A DNA stretch of 61,091 bases, counting the filler. It is 5 parts of 5 records of this genome, joined end to end, with 100 filler letters (N's around TTAATTAATTAA, not from the genome) between each part and the next. Parts side by side here need not be neighbours in the genome. Positions count along the whole stretch, not along the records: positions 20,471 to 27,793 come from SRR31147125_12918; positions 27,894 to 40,513 come from SRR31147125_12926; 3 more parts are not named here. One strand, written 5' to 3'. This document shows, piece by piece, positions 20,815 through 32,533 of the stretch. The notes below the pieces were generated by a model. That model ran no database searches and was not told where the DNA came from. It worked only from the letters and a program-made list of their open reading frames with translations. A program made the translations under genes and the position numbers. How positions within the stretch are numbered: position 1 is the first letter of the stretch; each line of letters starts with the position of its first letter.

Positions 20815-21615
20815 TTACTTCCTTTTTTTGCTAACTTCTAGCATGAAGTTATACATTTTTTTGTGTTTATTTTTAAAATGATGCCTACTAATTATTCCTC
20901 TTAAGTGATATCGAATTTTAGCTCTATCTGGCAACCTATTCGATAACGAACTTTCCATTACTTGAATACAAGGAGTACATATTCCACATGGAGTGTTGTC
21001 TTTTAATGGGTTATGACAAAACCAAGTATGATTTAATAGGTGTCTGAAAGAATATTTTTCAGATATTTCTATCATATTTTTTCTAGATATTTCTATAATA
21101 GGCCATTCAAAACATGAAAATAAAGTGCTAAATGAACTTTTGGTATTTTCTTCAGTAACGAAAGTAATTCCATGAATGGTTTTAGTTTCTTTTAAATTAG
21201 CACGAATTGTTCTATATTTTTCACTTGTTAAATCTTTCTCGAAACAAAGTTCCATATCAGAAATATTCTTAAAGTGACAAAACCTTGCGAGCCATTCGTA
21301 CTGTTCACCAAATTTTATAGATGTGATAATATCTTTATAACTACTTGTTATTGTATCATTCTCGGGAACATTCGAAATATCAAAAAATATAGTAGGATAT
21401 ATTAATTCTTTCGCGTGTGGAAATGATTTAAATAATTCTTTCTTAATTGTATTTATAGCTCTTAGCTCTTGTAAAACAGAGTTTCTTGATGTGTCAATAA
21501 GGTAATATGGTTGAACCCTAGCTTTTAGAACTATTGCACATTGCAGCAATCGAAATGTTGAATCCCATCCTCCGGTCCAAAGGAGTTTAATAGGGATATT
21601 TTCATTATGAGTCAT
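20815..21615 (-). CDS. QueC-like PP-loop ATPase with a Zn-binding tail
   Basis: LLWTGGWDST PP-loop and TWFCHNP....PCGICTPC. Confidence 0.75.
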   Translation of the reverse strand: MTHNENIPIKLLWTGGWDSTFRLLQCAIVLKARVQPYYLIDTSRNSVLQELRAINTIKKELFKSFPHAKELIYPTIFFDISNVPENDTITSSYKDIITSIKFGEQYEWLARFCHFKNISDMELCFEKDLTSEKYRTIRANLKETKTIHGITFVTEENTKSSFSTLFSCFEWPIIEISRKNMIEISEKYSFRHLLNHTWFCHNPLKDNTPCGICTPCIQVMESSLSNRLPDRAKIRYHLRGIISRHHFKNKHKKMYNFMLEVSKKRK

Positions 21616-21629
21616 TATTATGTTTATGT

Positions 21630-22780
21630 TTACTTACTTCTCAGGAAGTTATTTAAAAAATACAACGACGCATCTCTATGTGCTTCGCATTGTACTGCAT
21701 TAATTAAATTTTTTAAATAAGTTTTATATAAAAATGTTTTTGTAAACCAAGTCTGTAGGCTATCTTTTTCAGGAAGTTTGATCTTAATGAATTTGATGTG
21801 GAAAAGATATTATAGTAGTATTTTGATATTCGTTTAATATAATCTTCCCATTTGGTTTGTAATTCTTTGTCATCCTGAATTATAGATTCCTTTTCTTTGC
21901 AGTTATTTAAAAATCGTTCTTTCTCTGCACCTTTTAATAATTCTATTTTTTTATTTCCCTTACATTGAACATAAGGAGAAATTTCAAACTCTATTTTATT
22001 GTCTGAATCAATTTCTAAATTTGCAATAATACCTTCGTACCATTCATCTGAAGCTTTTTGTTTTAGCGGGAACAAGAAATTTCCTAAACTATAAAATATT
22101 GGAGCTGAGTTATATATCTCATGCCCACAAAAACAATGAGTATGATGTGCAATAACAGCATTTGCACCAGAGTCGATAAAAAAACGGTAATCTTTTTTCA
22201 TTCTAGGACTAGGCAATGAATAATCTTCGTGCCCTCCATGAATAATTAAGATTACTATGTCTGCATTATTTTTTGCTTCGTTAATCTGATAAACAGTGTT
22301 GATAATATTATACGGATTCGCTCCTGCAGAATATTCTGAAGCAACCGACCATTCATTTTCCGTAATATTTACGAAAGCAATTTTTTTATCTTTAATACTT
22401 ACATAACATATTTTTTCTGCGTCTTTTAATGAAGTTCCTGCCCCAACAGTTGCTATATTATTTTCTTTGCATGCTTTTAATGTTTCTTTAATTCCAAATT
22501 CATCATAATCTAATATATGATTATTTGCAAGGCATGCAAGGTTTGTATTTAAATACTTAATAGTATCGATACACTCTCTTGGATTATTCATATGTGGACC
22601 TGTTTTCACAATTTTTTGATCATCTTTTTTCTCACATATGGGAGCTTCAAGATTTATTATTGAATAATCCGTATTATCAAATATATTTTTAACCTCATCG
22701 GAAATAATTGAATTAGGTTTTTCACCATATAAGATTGGTGAGAAAAAGTCTCCTGTAAAGGTTAATTTAATTGAGCTCAT
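21630..22780 (-). CDS. CapA/PgsA-like metallophosphatase-fold protein (frameshift at about 21725)
   Basis: TGD, NLEAP, LANNHILDY, HGG.E, AHHTH and YSLGNF motifs. The tail QCEAHR is in the shifted frame and ends at TAA 21630. Confidence 0.88.
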
Positions 22781-23930
22781 TTTTAAAATAATCTATAAGT
22801 TTTTTCATCTGAATATTCGCGTCAAAAAGGTTAGTGACCATATTTTTCCCTTTTATTCCAATTGTTTTTGAAATATCCGGATTTTCATATGCATGTAATA
22901 TTTTGTTAGCGATTTTATCTACAGAAAATTCAGTAAAATAAATATTCTCGTCACCAATAAAATATTTCTCAAGAGTGCTGTTTTTTGTTGCAACAACAGG
23001 ACAACCAAGTACCATGTACTCACCAATTTTGGTTGGGAAATTATATTTGTTTTGTCTATTCTCCGGTTTTAACATTATTGATAGGCTTGCATTTTTTATG
23101 AGTTGATTTAAATCTAGTTGTGATATAAATCCAGTAAATACAATATTTTGTTTTATCCCTAATTGATTAATAGCATTCATAATCTTATTATAATCCGTTG
23201 AATGTTCGGCATTCCCGGTTATGTAAAGTTTTAAATCCGGATGTTTTTTTAATACAATGGAAAATGCTTCAAATAATGTCAGAACACCATCTTTTCTATC
23301 TAATAATGAACCTGTATATAATATATAGTCGCCATTCTTTTTATCTAATGATTTTGAATTATTTATTTTTTCAATAAGAATAGGTATTGTTATCGTTTTT
23401 AAGCTAAGTTTCAAGTCTTTTGTGAAAAAATCTCCAAGTTTATCGGTAATAACAATTAGACCATCAAAATAAGAAGATTCTTGTTTTATCTTTTGTGTTT
23501 CGTGGTTGCTAATTATATCTTTATCCATATATGGAATCTCACTTTTTTCCCTGTAATATAAGCTTTTCGTTATTCGACTAACTATTTTATACAATATTAT
23601 ATTTGAAATTCCGCCACCAACAAATATTATAACATTAGGTTTTTCTCTTAAACAAAGAAAAAAGGATAATAAGACACCGAAGAAATCTGCGAACCTTCTT
23701 TTTAAAAATGAACCACTTCTATATGCATTTTTGGATGCATATTGATATTTGACACCATCAAATGTTCCTTTATAGGGAACATTGAGGTTTTTATCTACTA
23801 TTTTAGGTTTTGGAAGTATAATTTTCGTTAAAGCTCCGGCATTATTTAATCCTTTTGCATATAAGTGGATGCGATTAGTACATGCCATCCCATATGGATA
23901 TGGCTCATTTAAAATAATTGTAATTTTCAT
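22767..23930 (-). CDS. Glycosyltransferase family 4
   Basis: YPYGMA, YTGS...KDG and FPTKIGEYM..GCPVV motifs. Confidence 0.9.
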   Translation of the reverse strand: MKITIILNEPYPYGMACTNRIHLYAKGLNNAGALTKIILPKPKIVDKNLNVPYKGTFDGVKYQYASKNAYRSGSFLKRRFADFFGVLLSFFLCLREKPNVIIFVGGGISNIILYKIVSRITKSLYYREKSEIPYMDKDIISNHETQKIKQESSYFDGLIVITDKLGDFFTKDLKLSLKTITIPILIEKINNSKSLDKKNGDYILYTGSLLDRKDGVLTLFEAFSIVLKKHPDLKLYITGNAEHSTDYNKIMNAINQLGIKQNIVFTGFISQLDLNQLIKNASLSIMLKPENRQNKYNFPTKIGEYMVLGCPVVATKNSTLEKYFIGDENIYFTEFSVDKIANKILHAYENPDISKTIGIKGKNMVTNLFDANIQMKKLIDYFKNELN

Positions 23931-23944
23931 TAAATACTGATAAT

Positions 23945-24478
23945 TTATTCAGCCTTTAGTAATGGTTTTTTTACAAAACTATCTTCAGATAAAGACATTA
24001 GGAATTTCTCTCTTTCTTCAGGAGAGGTAAATTTCTTGTTTACACTCATTTTATTCATTTTTTCAAGGTATTTATCCATCTTACCTATGTAACGGATTGG
24101 ATTACCTGCTGCAATTGTTCCTTCTGGTATACTTTTAGTTACAACACTAGCAGCTCCGATTACACAATTATCTCCAATTTCAATACCTGGCATTAAATGT
24201 ACACCTTCACCAATATAGACATTATTGCCAATTGTGATTTTTCCAAAAACTTCCAAACCAGGATATTGTTTCCTGTAAGGCCATAAACCACCATGTGTAA
24301 AAAACCTTACATTATTTGCAACTCTTACATTGTCGCCAATTGAAATTAAGTATGGTTCTGAGGAATAGTTTTTTGTCGAAATATAACACCCTTTTCCAAT
24401 TTTAACACCAATACTTCTTCCATATTCTTCTGGAGTCTGAAGTCTTTTTCTAATTGCAAAAATTATTTTTTTTATCAT
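23945..24478 (-). CDS. Hexapeptide-repeat (LbH) O-acyltransferase
   Basis: SEPYLISIGDNV, IGNNVYIG, IGAASVVTK and AAGNP motifs. Confidence 0.92.
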   Translation of the reverse strand: MIKKIIFAIRKRLQTPEEYGRSIGVKIGKGCYISTKNYSSEPYLISIGDNVRVANNVRFFTHGGLWPYRKQYPGLEVFGKITIGNNVYIGEGVHLMPGIEIGDNCVIGAASVVTKSIPEGTIAAGNPIRYIGKMDKYLEKMNKMSVNKKFTSPEEREKFLMSLSEDSFVKKPLLKAE

Positions 24479-24480
24479 TT

Positions 24481-25639
24481 CTATATGGATTTAAAAAATG
24501 AAACAAGTTTTGTCGCAAATATTTTATAATCAAATTCTTTTAAAGAAAGTTGAAATGCATTATTTGCTAATTTATCTTTTAATGTATTACTATTCTCAAT
24601 GTCTTGCATTAAATTGTTAAGCTCAGATTCGCTATAATTATTCATTAACAATGCATTTTCTCCATGTTTGAAATAATTTCTTATTTCTCCCCAATTACTG
24701 GTTATTATTGCATTCTTGCTAGCACAATACTCCCCAATTTTGTGTGGAAACCTCGCTTTGTCTTGTATGCTATCCCTTAGTGGTATGAGCAAAGCTTTTG
24801 CTGTTTTATACAAGTTAATGAGTTCATTATAAGGTAATTTTTGAAATAGTTGGACTTTATTTTCTATTCCAATTTTTTTAGTGTAATCTTTAATTTTTTG
24901 GATGTTTTGCTTATCTCCATTTACAACCAGGAAAAGAGAACTTTTCAGTTCTGAGTATTTATAAGCATCAATGATGAATTGAATTACTTCGTAATAAAAT
25001 GCAGAACCGCAAAATAAAAAATGGCTCATTTTGTTTTTCGCTCGAAAATGCAATCGAGGAAATTTTTTCAACGTCAACCAGAACAGGCAAAATTAATTGG
25101 GGCAAAGAAGGATTTTTTTGTTCAATTTTATTTTTAAGATATTCGCTAATTGGTAAAGCACCATCAGCCATTTTCCAAGCATATTTATTAAATAATTTAT
25201 TATCCAGTAATCCAAATTTTGAAGTCGACATTGGAACAAAATCATTATCCCCTACGAGGGTTAAGATGAGTTTAGATCTTTTTAGTACTGAAAGAATTTT
25301 ATATACAAATATCCTAAAAAACGACCGATTGTTAGTTAATATAATATTTGCAGGTTTAAATAATATATAAAAGAACTCGATATAGGATCCTAATATCTTA
25401 AAAAGTACTCTTGAAAGTGGATTTTTAGGTTTGTTTATTGAGAAAGTAGAGTAAAAATAATCTATTCCTTCAAATGTGCCTTTGTATGGTAAATTTGTTT
25501 TTTGACCTATAGATTTTCTACTAACTATTGTCACATCGCATCCACCTTCAACTAGTGATCTTGCAATAAGTTTTTGCTTTTGGGAAGCAGCCATAAAACC
25601 TACAGGAAATCCTACAGAACCAACATATAAAACTTTCAT
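24481..25639 (-). CDS. Glycosyltransferase family 4 (frameshift at about 25015)
   Basis: Starts MKVLYVGSVGFPVG (ATG 25639) and joins the 24481-25077 ORF (LFCGSA...DKARFPHKIGEY). Confidence 0.8.
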
Positions 25640-25640
25640 C

Positions 25641-26981
25641 TTTAATGTTTTTTCTAAATTGTAAAGAAAATCACGGAATTCATCTCTAACCTTATCCCCT
25701 TCATGATTTTGATAAGCAATTTGCATTGCTTTTTTTCCTATTTCTTCTCGGTTTTCTTTTTTATCATATATTAATTTTATCTCATCAATTAAGGCTTCCA
25801 TTGAGTTATCGGAAACAGTAAATGCCCATTGTTCTGAATTCGCATAATTAAACAATGCTGTTGATAAGTGAGCAAAAACAAGTATCGGAGTTCCGGTAGC
25901 CATATATTCTGGAACCTTTGTGGGCATCGATAGATGAATGAAGTCGAGGTTCTCTTTATCAAAGTCCATTGGAAGAACAAGTAAATCAACAGATGAAAAT
26001 TTCTTTGGTAATTCATCATATGGAAGAAAAGGGTTCAAAACGGTATGCGATAAACCTATAAATTCTTTTTTTAACTCTTCCGGAATAGTCTTACATTGAA
26101 GTTGAAACTCTATTTTTAGTCCTGATTCAGCAAGTTTCTCAATTGCTTTTGCAACCAAAAGTACAGAGTTCGAAGTGCCTGCTCCAATTCTACCAGCATA
26201 TAGTACTTCAAATTTATCGTCAAAATTCCAGTCGTTACGACGATATTGTGACCACTTGTTTAGGTCAATGCAATTATGAAATGGGACAAAATCATGTCCA
26301 TATCTTTTTTTGTACTCATCACTCATATGTTGACAAATGCTCATAAGCCCTGAAGATTTTTTAAGTAGGTGCCTAAATCCACCTTGTATTTGCCTATTCC
26401 AGTATAAGTGAGATAATCCTGGTTGATTAATAATTTTTGGCCAATCATCCATGATATGAATAGTAAAAGGTAAGTCTACAACCTTTAATAATTTTCTGCA
26501 AAACCATATTTGTTCGGGCATTGAAAGTTGTGTGTAAATAATATCAGGGTTAACTTTTTTTACCCAACTTACAAATTGAGGACTTAATTTAAATGGAAAT
26601 AGGAAATAGTATATTCCAAGTTTATGCAACCACCTATATATTTTAAGTTTTTTACTTTTATTATACTTTGAAGGCTTTGATTGATATTCAGACATATCTT
26701 TTTGTACAGGAGAGTCTTTCTCTTGATTAAACTCTACTTCACCCGATTCGTAATATGGTTGAAATTTATTTAGTGGCCATGGTCTTTTATATTCTTTATA
26801 GCCAAACCTATAATAAGAAGTACAAATTTCAAGACCATCCTCGTCAATTTTGTTTGCAGCAACAGCAATTTTTTCTTTAGGCCAACCTTTCAGTAAATTA
26901 AAAAGCGTAATACCTCCCCCCAATATAGGTTTAAATAGTTACCTAATATTAGTATTTTAGGGTATTCTTTATTTTGTTCAT
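25641..26981 (-). CDS. Glycosyltransferase family 4 (frameshifts at about 26972, 26920 and 25650)
   Basis: MNK.KEYPKILILG...GGGITL.NL, HIMDDWP, YAGRIG and SMPTKVPEYMATG. Its apparent fusion to the neighbouring ORFs is removed by single-base homopolymer corrections. Confidence 0.8.
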
Positions 26982-27793
26982 CTTGATATGTACTTATAAT
27001 TGTTTTATAATTTTCTAATAAATCATCCGTTATTTTTTCTGGGTTATGCCTATCTTTTGCTCTTATTCTGGCATTATTAGAAAATTTAATCTTTAAATCA
27101 TCATTTTCAGATAATTCCATAATTGCACCAGCTAGTACGTATGGATCACCATCTTGAATTAATAATCCTTCTTCATCGTTTTTAAGTAAATCAACAGTCC
27201 CTCCTGCATACGTTGTAATTATTGGCATACCTAAAACCATTGCTTCGCAAACGCTGTTTGGACTATTTTCGATATGTGAAGGTTGAATAAAAATGTCAGA
27301 AGAAAGCATTAATTCAACCATTTCTTTCCCTGATTTATTACCTTTAAATTTGATGTTAATTGATTCAAAATTAACACTATATATTTTTTTCAATATATTG
27401 TTAACCTGATCATTTTCTAAGGCTCCAATGATCTCCCATGAAAAATTGAAATTTAACGATTTAAGAAGTTTCGATGTCTTAACAATGGTATCCATCCCTT
27501 TATAGGGATTATTTCTTAAAACCGTAATTAATTTAGGCGTAGAGTTGTTTGTAAGATTCCAATTATTTTCAAAAAAATCGTTCCTTATTACTTCTTCACA
27601 TCTTAAATATTTTGCACTTGGAGACAAAACTCTGGTAGTTCGTCTATCCCACATAGTTCTGCCGAATACAAATTCTGCATTCTTTAATATTTTTTCCTCT
27701 ATATTCGCTCTTTTCCTAAAAAAGTTAAAATAGTTTATTAAGCTTGAGCGATTAATCTTTTGTTTAAATGTTGTTGTCTTATTAATATCCTGT
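26969..27793 (-). CDS. Glycosyltransferase family 4, C-terminal part
   Basis: GRT.WD, PYKG and PSHIENSPNSVCEAM..G.P motifs. Confidence 0.88.
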
Positions 27794-27893
27794 NNNNNNN
27801 NNNNNNNNNNNNNNNNNNNNNNNNNNNNNNNNNNNNNTTAATTAATTAANNNNNNNNNNNNNNNNNNNNNNNNNNNNNNNNNNNNNNNNNNNN
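27794..27893. other. Artificial contig spacer
   Basis: N44-TTAATTAATTAA-N44. Confidence 0.99.
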
Positions 27894-27923
27894 TTGGTAT
27901 GAATCAGACATAATTGATTTCAT
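27894..27923 (-). CDS. Start of the gene after fliD, probably the flagellin chaperone FliS
   Basis: GAGGTG RBS followed by MKSIMSDSYQ. Only 10 codons are visible; the call rests on its position after fliD. Confidence 0.45.
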
Positions 27924-27941
27924 TTTATTCACCTCTATCTA

Positions 27942-29498
27942 TTATGACGATGAGCTAGTTAAACCTAATTGAGCAGATAATGCAGACCATTGACTGTTCA
28001 TTTGAGTAAGCGCAACTTCTAAAGCATTGAACTTAGACCACTGAATGGATCTATTAGATTCCAATCTCTCGATAAGTTCATCAATTCTTTCTTCAGCACG
28101 CTCTATACTAGCATCTGTCGAAGCTATCTCGTTATCTTTTGTACTCGATATATGGTTAGATATAATATCTGCAATTCTATTAATCAATCCAGAATCTTTA
28201 AATTCTTCCGTAGAATCGTCATCTGGCAGACTAATAAATATATCTTGTACAACATTTGGATTATCGGTTATCGCTTCTCTTAGCGTATCTTCATCAACGG
28301 ATATCTTTCCGTTGTCCAAGTAGCTAGAAGTGGTGTTCAACCCTATATCAGATGGTGACAATCCTGTATCTGCAACTGCCTCATAAAATGCATTACGCAT
28401 TTTTGATAGAGTACTTTGTATACCATAGTTTCTTCTTAAAATACCACTTTCCGATTTTTCCTCCCAAGCTTCAATCTCACTATCGCTCATTTCCTCTCTT
28501 TGAGCATCTGTTAAAGGCGGATAGTCTCTATAATACTCTTCATCTATTTTAGCATTAAGTTGCTCAATCATTGCATTATATGTATCAATATAATCTACTA
28601 TAGCGTCCACAGTTGAATCGATATCTCTTTCAATATTAAACGTAATAGCTTCAGTACTTGTTGTGTTTAGAGAATAAGTTATTCCGTCTATTGTGAAGCT
28701 ATTAGATGATTTTGTAACCGAAATCCCTTCAATTTGCAACTCCGCATCTTGTCCTGTTACTATATCCGTCGATATTCCAAAAGCCGCATCTCCAGAATCA
28801 GCTGCAAAGGCATTACCTTTGGAGTTTACAATCTCAATTGCCTCAGAAGAACCAGTGCTTGTTGATGTTATTTTAAACCCATCTTTAAGACTGCTATAGC
28901 TCATTCTTACTCCCGCATCAGATGAGTTGACCTCGTCAATTACATTCCAAACAGTATCATCAGATTCAAAAGTGAACTCTTCACCATTAATAGAAAAGGA
29001 AATTTCGCCTACAGCATTTTCGCTATAATCAAATGTAAGTGCTGTACCCGTAAAGCTTAAATCCCCTAGTTCAGTTTTTAAAATATCATCGCCTTCAGTT
29101 TCGAAAATATTAGCGGATTCCACTTTAGCAACATCCGCTAGTTGAGATATGCTATCGATCTGCATACTTCCAACAGTACTGGATGCTCCTGCCGTTATAG
29201 TAGCCGCACTTGTATTTCCACCAGTGCTAACAGAAAATGAATTGTATGTAGAGGAAAGCACCATACTATTTTCTGATAATACACTATTATATTCTTCTTC
29301 AAACGCTTTTAAAGTCAGGTTCACCTCTCTTAACTGCTCAGCTTTATATTCCAACCTCATTTTATCTTGTTCTGCACTATCTACCTTATACTGATCAATC
29401 TGAGTCAAGCTCTCTATTATAGAATCAGTATCCAGTCCACTAGATATACCAGAAAACTTTAATACACTACTTACTCCGCTAGTTGAATCAACAGCCAT
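27942..29498 (-). CDS. fliD: Flagellar filament cap protein
   Basis: SGISSGLDTDSII, GQDA, SNSFTIDGIT, YRDYPPLTDAQR..M...EI..WE and FNALE.ALTQMNSQ motifs. Confidence 0.96.
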   Translation of the reverse strand: MAVDSTSGVSSVLKFSGISSGLDTDSIIESLTQIDQYKVDSAEQDKMRLEYKAEQLREVNLTLKAFEEEYNSVLSENSMVLSSTYNSFSVSTGGNTSAATITAGASSTVGSMQIDSISQLADVAKVESANIFETEGDDILKTELGDLSFTGTALTFDYSENAVGEISFSINGEEFTFESDDTVWNVIDEVNSSDAGVRMSYSSLKDGFKITSTSTGSSEAIEIVNSKGNAFAADSGDAAFGISTDIVTGQDAELQIEGISVTKSSNSFTIDGITYSLNTTSTEAITFNIERDIDSTVDAIVDYIDTYNAMIEQLNAKIDEEYYRDYPPLTDAQREEMSDSEIEAWEEKSESGILRRNYGIQSTLSKMRNAFYEAVADTGLSPSDIGLNTTSSYLDNGKISVDEDTLREAITDNPNVVQDIFISLPDDDSTEEFKDSGLINRIADIISNHISSTKDNEIASTDASIERAEERIDELIERLESNRSIQWSKFNALEVALTQMNSQWSALSAQLGLTSSSS

Positions 29499-29540
29499 GG
29501 CTTCTCCTCCTTATCACCATATATTTATTCTTCTATATTA

Positions 29541-29569
29541 ATATCGGTATAATTTCAACATAACTTTAG
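29541..29569 (-). promoter_or_regulatory. sigma-28 (SigD/FliA) promoter of fliD
   Basis: CTAAA-N16-ACCGATAT upstream of the AAGGAGG RBS. Confidence 0.8.
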
Positions 29570-29590
29570 CCTCTTTAACAAAAAATATAA

Positions 29591-30585
29591 TTAAATATGG
29601 GCATAATATTTAAATTTTGCCGAATCACTTGTTGTATTACTAATTGTGGTATAATTATAGTTTGTTTTGCCAGCTTGTGCTATTGTAACGCCTTCCATTG
29701 CGTTATATGTTCCATTTGCCGAAGGACAAACAACTTGAACATGACCTGATGACCCAGTCCAGTTTCGAGTAACGCTAACAGTAGGTCTTCCTTGATTGGC
29801 AAGAGCCTGCGCTTGAGCTGGTGTGACTTCATACCACCCATATTGTTGGCCGACCGTGCCTAGCCATTCATGAGTTCTATTTGCAGACATTTCAACCCCA
29901 TCTTCGACATTTGGATAATACATTGGCTCCATTGTCTCAGGATCTATATAGTGCGGTATCTCTGCTCCCATAGCTCTTGTAACATCCCAAGTGAATATAT
30001 TACAATATGTATCTCCATTGCCTTTTTTATAAGGTTTATATCTATCATTGTTTTCAACATCAAATTGGTTGATAACCTGTCTATAATTACTTGCACTTCT
30101 GTTTGTATAATCATTTGTTAAATAAGGATAGGTAGGGCGAGATGCTGACTCTGGTATTGTTTTAACAGGGTTAGCCGATAAATCTTCTCCGTAAATAACA
30201 TTTTGCATATCAGGTACAGGAATATTCTTTGTAGTCTGCCAAAGATTTTGCGCAGAATATGAACTACTATCAGTATTGCTATTCGAAAGATTACCTAAAG
30301 AGTTAATCAATGAAGAAACACCGGAATCTTGTCCACCTATTCCAAGACCAAGCATTCCAAAAACACCTGCATAACGCTGTTCATGTCTTGATTTCCTTCA
30401 AGCAACCCAGAAAACAAGTCTGACATATCCATAGTAGATGAGCTATCAACGTCATTTCCACTAAGGTTTTTTGATAATATGCTACCAAAACTTTCACCAT
30501 CATCAGTTTTAACACTTCCAACACTATTTCCACTACCTATATTTACACTACTTAAAAGATCCGAAAATGAAATGTTATTATTCAT
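29591..30585 (-). CDS. Flagellar-locus protein with a C-terminal CHAP/NlpC-P60-like domain (frameshift at about 30358 joins two ORFs)
   Basis: Low-complexity S/N-rich N-terminus; TYCNIF (Cys) ... AQALANQGRPTV ... GHVQVV (His) ... QAG. GGGGAGG RBS before ATG 30585. Confidence 0.65.
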
Positions 30586-30615
30586 AAGTCCTCCCCCATA
30601 TACACAAACACACTA

Positions 30616-30890
30616 TTATTTCGCGCCATATTCTTCATCTATTTTATTAATAAAAACCAAAATTTTAGCAACAACTTCATAAAGTTCAGCAGGAATCTCG
30701 TCTCCCACGCTCATATGCGAAAGCATATCAGCAAGATCATTATCTTCGACCACCTCAACTCCAGCATCCTTTGCAGTATCAATCATTTTTTCCGCTACAA
30801 GACCTTGCCCTAAAGCAACTAGATAAGGTGCGTTTTGTGATTGTACATCATATTTTAGCGCCGCTGCTTTTTTTTAAATTTATCATTCAT
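30616..30890 (-). CDS. FlhB C-terminal-like substrate-switch protein (FlhX/YlqH type), frameshift in an A8 run
   Basis: Not in the ORF track. Translates as KAAALKYD...AP.LVALGQGLVAEKMI..AK..GV.VVED..LA..L....VGDEIP.ELYEVVAKIL. ATGA-coupled to fliK. Confidence 0.88.
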
Positions 30891-32533
30891 ACCCTATAAT
30901 CAACTCTTCTCTCAACATTTGTATCTAATCTCATAAGAGTTTCTTCAGCATTTACTATCGTTGTTTTCTCGTATAAATCTTCAACCCTTATTCCTACCAA
31001 GTTAAAACCTAAACTCTTTAGTTCTTCGCCTAAGGATGAAGCATGTTTTTTTATCAGGCTCGAAGCCTTTTTGTTTTCGTTGCTCATTTTTAATGATACA
31101 TTGTTCTTTTCAAATTTTACTAGCGTTTCTATTCTACCAAGATTCATAGTATCTAGACCCAACAGTATTGAAAAATTTTCACTATCTGCGTCATTTTTTT
31201 TGCTTTTTCTTCTATACACAAAAACCTCTGCTGTTTGTGTGTTTTGCTGATTACTAATAGGAATTTGCACATATGTGAACCTATTAATATCAGATTCAAT
31301 GCTTTTTTCCATAAGCGCACTCTCAGCCTTGGATAAAATAGCATCTTTATTTTTAATATCGGAGCTTTTCACCATCTCCTTTAATTCAGAAAGTTTGCTC
31401 TGCATTTCCTCTTTCGAATCAAATATCTTATTTCCATCGTTTTTTTCTGCATATATTTTATTAAACAAAGATAATACTTTAGTTAGTATCTTAGCTTCAT
31501 CGCTACTTTGTTTTGTAACATCCATCGTTTCAGACAAATTATTTACAACATTACCCGTATTTTGCTGCACCTTTTGTTGCTGCGCAGTGTCTTTTCCTTG
31601 TTCAGCTATGTTTATGCTATTAGTAGCTTGCGCTTCCTTGCCTGCTGTCTGATTACTATTACCTTGATTATTATTATCTACATTTACTTGATCATTAGAA
31701 TTATTCGCGACTTGATTAGGTTGCTGTCCTACATTTTCTGGTTGTCCTACATTTTGATTGTTATTTGTTCCGTCTATAGTTTGTGATGATTCGCTCACCA
31801 AACTAACATTTACCACTTGCGCTGTTACATTATTCGTTGCATTAGTTTGGGCACTTTGCTCATTTGGAACATTTGTATTTGCCACATTAGAATTTTTAGC
31901 ACCAGTAGCCGTATTGGCATTAGCAGCACTTGCATCAACAAGCTTTAAACCACTATCAATATTTTCATTTTGTGATATAATCTGATTGGCTATTTGAGTT
32001 AACTTCGCTCCAATATTGCTATCGAGCATATTGTTTACAGTTTCAATATTTTGAGCGGTAGGCTCAATATTATTTAACACCATAAAAATAGCCGCCCTTG
32101 GAGAAAGACCTTGGTTCTGCTGCAAAACATTCATCACATTATTCATCACTTGCGTACCAGGCTTCAACCCCATATTTTTAAAAATATGAGAAACCTGCGT
32201 TTCAAGATTTACAAATGGTTCAATTTGCAGATTGCTATTTTCTGTCTCAACCGTGCCTGCCGCAACAGTATTTAACTGCATCATAACTTGCCTGCCACTT
32301 TGTCCAAGTACAGTCATGTTTATCTCATCACCTAAAGATAAAATAACATCAGACATAACGTTAGCAACCATTCGTGTTCCGTCCGGTCTTTGCAGTGTAA
32401 TAATATCTCCATTTTTTGATACTACTTGAGCAATAACAGAATCACCATTATTCAGTTTTGGCATGTTACTGTTAGTATTATTATCATGTCTAATATTACT
32501 GTCAGTAACACGTATAGGAACATCAACTCTCAT
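30887..32533 (-). CDS. fliK: Flagellar hook-length control protein
   Basis: N/Q-rich disordered middle, C-terminal YVQIP...LDTMNLGRI switch domain, adjacent to the flhB-like gene. Confidence 0.8.
   Translation of the reverse strand: MRVDVPIRVTDSNIRHDNNTNSNMPKLNNGDSVIAQVVSKNGDIITLQRPDGTRMVANVMSDVILSLGDEINMTVLGQSGRQVMMQLNTVAAGTVETENSNLQIEPFVNLETQVSHIFKNMGLKPGTQVMNNVMNVLQQNQGLSPRAAIFMVLNNIEPTAQNIETVNNMLDSNIGAKLTQIANQIISQNENIDSGLKLVDASAANANTATGAKNSNVANTNVPNEQSAQTNATNNVTAQVVNVSLVSESSQTIDGTNNNQNVGQPENVGQQPNQVANNSNDQVNVDNNNQGNSNQTAGKEAQATNSINIAEQGKDTAQQQKVQQNTGNVVNNLSETMDVTKQSSDEAKILTKVLSLFNKIYAEKNDGNKIFDSKEEMQSKLSELKEMVKSSDIKNKDAILSKAESALMEKSIESDINRFTYVQIPISNQQNTQTAEVFVYRRKSKKNDADSENFSILLGLDTMNLGRIETLVKFEKNNVSLKMSNENKKASSLIKKHASSLGEELKSLGFNLVGIRVEDLYEKTTIVNAEETLMRLDTNVERRVDYRV

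Noticed and set aside
24968-26923. 651-aa apparent double glycosyltransferase fusion
   Set aside because: The junction is an A-run just before a normal MKVLYVG start; a one-base correction gives separate genes.
31715-31760. Short direct repeat in fliK (NVGQP/NVGQQP)
   Set aside because: Ordinary low-complexity expansion in the FliK ruler region.
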